Source: Botryllus schlosseri
Taxonomy: Eukaryota
Length of the DNA stretch: 64,000 nucleotides
Assembly: GCA_051294905.1 (NCBI GenBank)
Contig: CM119379.1
Span: forward strand, 23,870,001-23,934,000
Direction of reading: 5' to 3'
The notes beneath the pieces are model-generated. The model was not told the DNA's origin, did not search any database, and worked only from the letters and a program-made list of their open reading frames with translations. Numbering within the stretch: the first letter of the stretch is position 1; each line of letters begins with the position of its first letter. Of this stretch, positions 62,801 through 64,000 are shown in pieces. The translations under genes were made by a program, and so were the position numbers.

Positions 62801-63129
62801 TAAGATGCTCCTGGCCTGAATGGCTCGACTTTGATGACGGTTTTATATCAAGCCTATCTATCTACGTTATCTGTATATCATATTTCACGCAATTGCATTT
62901 TCGTCCCGTAGGTCATTGATTTTCATGCTTGACAGGTAAAGATTCTCTATCTCTTAAAACTGACCACTACTGTTGTTATCAGGAGGACAGCAGGGCGTCC
63001 AAGTCGACTCAAACTCCAACCTGCTTCAACCTAGGCGCGTTCGTGCGGCCTGATTTGTTCTTACGGTACGCGATGACAGCCATACTCGGCGACGAAGGAT
63101 TGCAATCGGACGCTTGTTTTGAGGCTAAG
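318..63129 (+). CDS. DNHD1: Divergent dynein heavy chain, DNHD1-like, about 87 coding exons, incomplete at both window edges
   Basis: Phase-consistent GT-AG exon chain carrying dynein motifs in canonical order: ANPAVKNRHWKKI, FPR/MYFLCD, WVSRFPAQ, GAHGSGKT, GPSGCGKT, KWIVLDG, GERGCGKT, RLWLHECCRTFADR, DIAELKSFKKPP, YDKDNIP, WPLILDP, GHWLVLEECH. The dynein family call is near certain. DNHD1 orthology is inferred from the degenerate AAA1 Walker B, the inserts and overall divergence (about 0.65). Confidence 0.9.
428..670. repeat. Two diverged tandem copies of about 133 bp
   Basis: GTCAAGTTACATC near 432 and 566; GATATTT(T/A)A(T/A)GAG near 525 and 657. The first copy overlaps the 3' end of exon 318-445. 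Confidence 0.5.
5963..6663. mobile_element. MITE with CAGTATTGGGA TIRs and GACTC/GAGTC subterminal repeats
   Basis: CAGTATTGGGA at 5963 and TCCCAATACTG ending 6663. Flanking 8-mers match only 5/8 (atatagta/gtataatg), so it is an old insertion. Confidence 0.65.
6785..11310 (+). CDS. DNHD1: DHC_N2/linker exons 6785-6999, 7766-7877, 7940-8122, 8862-8991, 9057-9121, 9183-9335, 9962-10149, 10213-10350, 10797-10973, 11041-11201, 11262-11310
   Basis: LPLLGMMANPAVKNRHWKKIF; ASAEYALELLMKKIKTKW; IIEVWTSCQDKWKYL; LDEFRSDFPR|MYFLCDEDCIHLL, matching the dynein KR..FPRFYFLS motif; PLDWMKMLE. Confidence 0.92.
11614..15843 (+). CDS. DNHD1: End of linker and AAA1: exons 11614-11760, 11829-11993, 12050-12241, 12301-12468, 13141-13260, 13387-13447, 14000-14223, 14372-14447, 14982-15104, 15173-15339, 15752-15843
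   Basis: WVSRFPAQ, EDFHWQRIIR, YGMEY..PFVMSPLSER, Walker A GAHGSGKT (12356-12379), Walker B-equivalent WLCFDK (13172-13189), DFPSNLKAVARSVAF, ITLRDVKSIV. Confidence 0.9.
16046..21245 (+). CDS. DNHD1: AAA2 exons 16046-16193, 16256-16322, 16826-16856, 16919-17020, 17079-17163, 17529-17714, 18945-19152, 19610-19731, 20390-20492, 20930-21042, 21101-21245
   Basis: GPSGCGKT P-loop; KWIVLDGELNAPWIECMN; FEVSNLSTASPAVLSRC; FAFIWAFGG; VFEYFVDPESGFWTLW. Confidence 0.9.
16571..16597. repeat. (TAGAAC)n microsatellite
   Basis: TAGAACTAGAACTAGAACTAGAACTGG. Confidence 0.8.
17851..18169. mobile_element. hAT-type MITE
   Basis: TIR CAGTGGTTCTC/GAGAACCACTG; near-TSD aaccatag/atccatgg (6/8). Confidence 0.75.
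19939..20223. mobile_element. hAT-type MITE nested in a hammerhead-bearing repeat
   Basis: TIR TAGGGTTACCATA/TATGGTAACCCTA; perfect TSD ATATACAG (19931-19938, 20224-20231); AAGAGGACAC subterminal repeats. Confidence 0.85.
20267..20300 (+). ncRNA. Minimal type I hammerhead ribozyme motif (stem I mismatch)
   Basis: ACCC CTGACGA G TGTCAGC C GAAA ATATTC AGGT. Confidence 0.5.
21751..22749. mobile_element. Non-autonomous hAT element, 999 bp
   Basis: TIR TAGGGATGGTGTGAAC/GTTCACACCATCCCTA; perfect TSD CTTATCAC; GTGAAC/GAACC subterminal arrays at both ends. Confidence 0.88.
22800..26411 (+). CDS. DNHD1: AAA3 exons 22800-22947, 23571-23794, 24489-24668, 24728-24829, 25411-25524, 25584-25728, 26253-26411
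   Basis: PVLLVGERGCGKT; IFLDDL; QPVHALVRQ; PRLTRLF; FKPAPSQPTYLFSLHDI; RLWLHECCRTFADR. Confidence 0.92.
25095..25345. repeat. Tandem repeat, about 114-bp unit, about 2.3 copies
   Basis: AAGTTTG...ATATC(T)TATCC restarts at about 25095, 25209 and 25324; TAGATCCAT and AAGTACATTATA are shared. Confidence 0.7.
26598..27140. mobile_element. Hammerhead-bearing element with inverted arms (cores: minus 26656-26688, plus 27042-27075)
   Basis: Arms of about 110 bp are reverse complements, each containing CTGACGAG(T/C)GTCAGCCGAAAATATT. Confidence 0.75.
27189..30968 (+). CDS. DNHD1: Low-complexity insertion exons 27189-27367, 28454-28582, 28693-28735, 29441-29525, 29621-29727, 30436-30543, 30802-30968
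   Basis: Seven GC-richer exons with canonical splice sites and unbroken phase between the AAA3 and AAA4 exons. The peptide is Ser/Asp/Glu/Thr-rich and has no dynein motif. Confidence 0.72.
27614..28299 (-). mobile_element. Internally deleted hAT element retaining a transposase C-terminal fragment
   Basis: TIR TAGAGCGATTTTTT/AAAAAATCGCTCTA; perfect TSD GTTATCAC. Minus ORF 27915-28166 encodes QPTTAAVERSLSILNKLLSKDKHSLPENVGKYL, the hAT dimerization-domain P.TS..VERSFS motif. Confidence 0.85.
30000..30415 (+). mobile_element. 3' end of an L2/CR1-like LINE (longest of about 7 copies)
   Basis: Remnant STFKSKYKQLLLNKY resembles L2/CR1 ORF2 C-termini. It is followed by a 3' UTR shared with 5440-5615, 15530-15650, 23290-23495, 37590-37660, 38355-38480 and 40250-40425, then AATAAA and an (ATG)n tail. 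Confidence 0.55.
31029..37048 (+). CDS. DNHD1: AAA4 exons 31029-31173, 31498-31726, 32354-32475, 32644-32860, 35908-36011, 36222-36329, 36931-37048
   Basis: IVFYKDSARHVARFSRVL; GNAL..SGTKFSGRKSFCRLAAFI; GSYPSLY; FKRVLANLHVV; KCPEFLTHFASVDFYQPW. The 32860 donor was chosen because it is the only one preserving frame. Confidence 0.87.
31779..32284. mobile_element. GACTCGAGTC-family MITE
   Basis: TIR CAGGGTTGTAA/TTACAACCCTG; same family as 51492-51900 and 58194-58680; no matching TSD. Confidence 0.75.
33158..33248 (-). pseudogene. tRNA-derived sequence (SINE head or tRNA pseudogene)
   Basis: Minus strand TGGCGCAATCGGTTGCGC (A-box, GCGC/GCGC D-stem), GTTCGGATCC (B-box), ending CCA-TTTTT. Acceptor and T stems do not pair properly. 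Confidence 0.45.
34586..34965. repeat. Three diverged tandem units of about 120-145 bp
   Basis: CTCGAAATA(T/G)GAAC(A/T)CTCAATT at 34588, 34709 and 34854, each followed by ATACGATTT..CTATTTTGT.TGTTTC; an isolated copy of the start lies near 33024. Confidence 0.75.
35206..35796. mobile_element. Foldback element, about 265-bp inverted arms with about 54-nt spacer
   Basis: Arms 35211-35474 and 35529-35791 are reverse complements; the track's minus ORF 35214-35501 and plus ORF 35582-35788 give nearly the same peptide. Perfect 8-bp flanking repeat ATTTCACT. Confidence 0.88.
37110..43630 (+). CDS. DNHD1: Stalk coiled coils and microtubule-binding domain: exons 37110-37362, 38781-38965, 40510-40603, 40854-41026, 42843-42957, 43439-43630
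   Basis: PLFDAAVHAMQAVSVGDIAELKSFKKPP; LEFYDKDNIP; SRAAESICIWVHAI..Y; IGDCLLSTACLVY. Confidence 0.93.
41040..42489. mobile_element. Non-autonomous hAT element, 1450 bp
   Basis: TIR CAGTGGTTGGGAACCT/AGGTTCCCGACCACGG; perfect TSD TACTAGAG; ATATGGCTC subterminal repeats. Confidence 0.88.
43298..43331 (+). ncRNA. Degenerate hammerhead motif in a one-armed family copy (about 43205-43345)
   Basis: ACCC CTGACGA G TGTCAAC G GAAA ATATCC GGGT; the G-C pair closing stem II is lost. Confidence 0.4.
43647..44263. mobile_element. Palindromic hAT-type MITE, 617 bp
   Basis: TIR TAGGGCTGTTCAAAAATAAC; long inverted arms; perfect TSD CTGTGCGG. Related partial copies at about 3370-3610, 14545-14760, 57590-57850 and 63640-63870. 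Confidence 0.88.
44759..51376 (+). CDS. DNHD1: AAA5 and following helical region: exons 44759-44950, 45155-45348, 45494-45727, 46594-46837, 47622-47753, 48313-48498, 49050-49223, 50201-50420, 51063-51251, 51313-51376
   Basis: WPLILDPDNELKPWIK; VHPNFRLFLVT; LLKIVMSHERPDFE; KPTWMSGQMW; VPIVFL. Confidence 0.88.
46845..47312. mobile_element. Diverged GACTCGAGTC-family MITE
   Basis: CTGGATTGTGACCAAGTCACAAGG resembles CAGGGTTGTAACCAAGCCACAAGG at 51492; internal similarity continues to about 47310. Confidence 0.6.
48851..48880 (+). ncRNA. Hammerhead motif variant in a one-armed family copy (about 48780-48925)
   Basis: ACCC CTGACGA G CGTCAGC C GAAA CATGTT; the 3' strand of stem I is deleted. Confidence 0.4.
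50540..50573 (-). ncRNA. Minimal type I hammerhead ribozyme, intact core
   Basis: Minus strand ACCC CTGACGA G TATCAGC C GAAA ATAT TC GGGT: ACCC/GGGT stem I, AATATT palindromic stem III, UUC cleavage triplet. Confidence 0.65.
50735..50768 (+). ncRNA. Minimal type I hammerhead ribozyme, intact core
   Basis: ACCC CTGACGA G TGTCAGC C GAAA ATAT TA GGGT; UUA triplet. Confidence 0.65.
51492..51900. mobile_element. GACTCGAGTC-family hAT MITE
   Basis: TIR CAGGGTTGTAA/TTACAGCCCTG; perfect TSD GTCTGTTG. Confidence 0.87.
52208..52241 (+). ncRNA. Minimal type I hammerhead ribozyme motif (element about 52090-52270, decayed left arm)
   Basis: ACCC CTGATGA G TGTCAGC C GAAA CTAT TC GGGT. Confidence 0.6.
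52300..54909 (+). CDS. DNHD1: AAA6/lid exons 52300-52965, 53332-53470, (53571-53610, 53685-53821 or 53645-53821), 54757-54909
   Basis: GHWLVLEECH and HENFRLWI in the 666-nt exon; FFSAECSRVSTAIVLMKTDVSACVEAMKG matches the dynein FL.QE..R.N.L....SL..L...IKG segment. The small exons near 53.6 kb are ambiguous. Confidence 0.8.
55302..55495. mobile_element. hAT MITE, 194 bp
   Basis: TIR CAATGTTCCCTCTAA/TTAGAGGGAACATTG; perfect TSD CACATGAG; TGCGCA subterminal motifs. Confidence 0.88.
55981..57110 (-). CDS. Two putative terminal exons of the nested antisense gene (57110-56994, 56037-55981)
   Basis: ttttcaag|VLTIGGRITLEPGIHDPETRPTVSLLKRKEEKKGAEIAR|gtgtga, then tttctacag|GVEKKTPEGLSSSDDETF*. Both are phase 0 and only this frame is open. 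Confidence 0.5.
58194..58680. mobile_element. GACTCGAGTC-family hAT MITE
   Basis: TIR CAGGGTTGTAA/TTACAACCCTG; perfect TSD GCATGAAG. Confidence 0.88.
58765..59252 (-). pseudogene. DUF4806-like (BEN-related) gene fragment, two exons 59252-59156 and 58915-58765, frameshifted
   Basis: Spliced reading gives KPLTTKEDLKKFDDIL..TVGGDNIGQSAKSIMKKV, then after a frameshift NYSRVGKNGKYAFINLHLNKI. This is the P..T.E.L..F / GG / IM / YS..G..GK..F..L.L pattern I recall for DUF4806 proteins. Splice sites are AG/GT. Confidence 0.6.
59551..60410. mobile_element. Non-autonomous TIR element with an internal inverted repeat
   Basis: Ends GGTTGCCGATGAACTCGGCAC / GTGCCGAGTTCACTGGTAATC; perfect TSD GGGCAGAT; internal inverted repeat of about 110 bp at 59659-59765 and 60168-60272. 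Confidence 0.8.
61585..61860 (-). repeat. Diverged tandem duplication, about 145-bp unit
   Basis: Minus-strand ATG(T/A)CTAAAATACGTAG starts at about 61858 and 61714, followed by shared TTCAATCA and ATCTCATGC..AGCTTCGTT. Confidence 0.65.
62144..63129 (+). CDS. DNHD1: C-terminal domain exons 62144-62353 and 62983-63129
   Basis: ISDRHLRIIESLINDAIPQAW (dynein MS..LE.L...L....VP..W) and FNLGAFVRPDLFL (dynein L..FF.PQ.FL). Phase 0 junctions fit exon 54757-54909. Confidence 0.8.
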
Positions 63130-64000
63130 GTATGTTTTCGTACATATTATCCGGGAAATATAGTCTTCTGATATGGTCTGCGTTTATGCCAATAGGGGGC
63201 CAAAGTCATCATCATTGGTATGAAGTAACGCTGTAAATTTCTACTTAACTAGAATAAAAGAAGCAATTTCAAAGACACATCATAACTATTTTTAGAGGAC
63301 ATAGCAAGTGAATGTATGAAAAGTACGTAAGTGGTTTTAGAAATTTTCGAAAATGTAGTCAGTCACTGGGGCTATTTCGTCCAGTTGTTATGACAATTTC
63401 GTTCCCATAAAAGTGCTGCTAAAATAATCCAGAAACACACTATCTGTGTTACAAAATCCGAAATTTATGAAGTAAGTTTTTTGGCTAAAAAACAGTAAGT
63501 ACGAGCGGAGGCAGTCTAAAATCATACCCCGTTGCAGAAGTAATATAATCTACTGGAGCACTCCTGTAAAGTAGAAGTAATTCGTTACAGTCCATAGAAT
63601 TTCCCACCGTAAATACCAATTTTTTACACCCAAAATTTTTACTCCAATAACTTCGATTTTACGGGTTGCAATTGAGCCAAATTTGGTATGCATCGTTTTT
63701 TAGACAACCCAACAATTTCACGGGGTAGCCAGTAAAATTTGCAAAAAACTATATTTTCTACTCTTACAGCCTTGCAGCAGCTACAGCTTGGATGTGAGCC
63801 AATTTTGATGTGCAGCATTTTTTCAACCAACCTAGCAATTTTATCATCAAGCCAGTAAAATTTGTCCATGTCTATCTCTTAATATCACATTTCACTGACC
63901 ATGGTCTTGAGGTTGAGAATCCTTTCAATTACAAGACGTTATACACATTTTCAATATATTGCGACCCTGGTTTTTCAGATTGTGAACAGATTTGCGCCCG

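Overview
AT-rich animal genomic DNA, not prokaryotic (no operons, rRNA or CRISPR). The whole window is one + strand gene that starts before and ends after the window. I could chain about 87 GT-AG exons with consistent phases from 318 to 63129. They encode a divergent dynein heavy chain (tail, DHC_N2/linker, AAA1-4, stalk/MTBD, AAA5-6, C-terminal domain), most like DNHD1. Its AAA1 Walker B reads CFDK instead of CFDE, and it carries an insertion of about 270 aa between AAA3 and AAA4. Many introns are 56-68 nt, which suggests a tunicate-like genome (inference). The larger introns are packed with non-autonomous DNA transposons, ten of them with perfect 8-bp target-site duplications (TSDs), and with sense-oriented LINE 3' tails. 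The most unusual signal is a dispersed repeat family carrying a minimal type I hammerhead ribozyme motif (ACCC-CUGAYGA-G..C-GAAA-palindrome-UH-GGGU), often as two outward-facing copies. One such element has a 13-bp TSD, suggesting a Penelope/retrozyme-like retroelement. The 7.2-kb intron 54910-62143 contains a nested antisense, frameshifted DUF4806-like gene. All calls were made by eye; no database searches were run.
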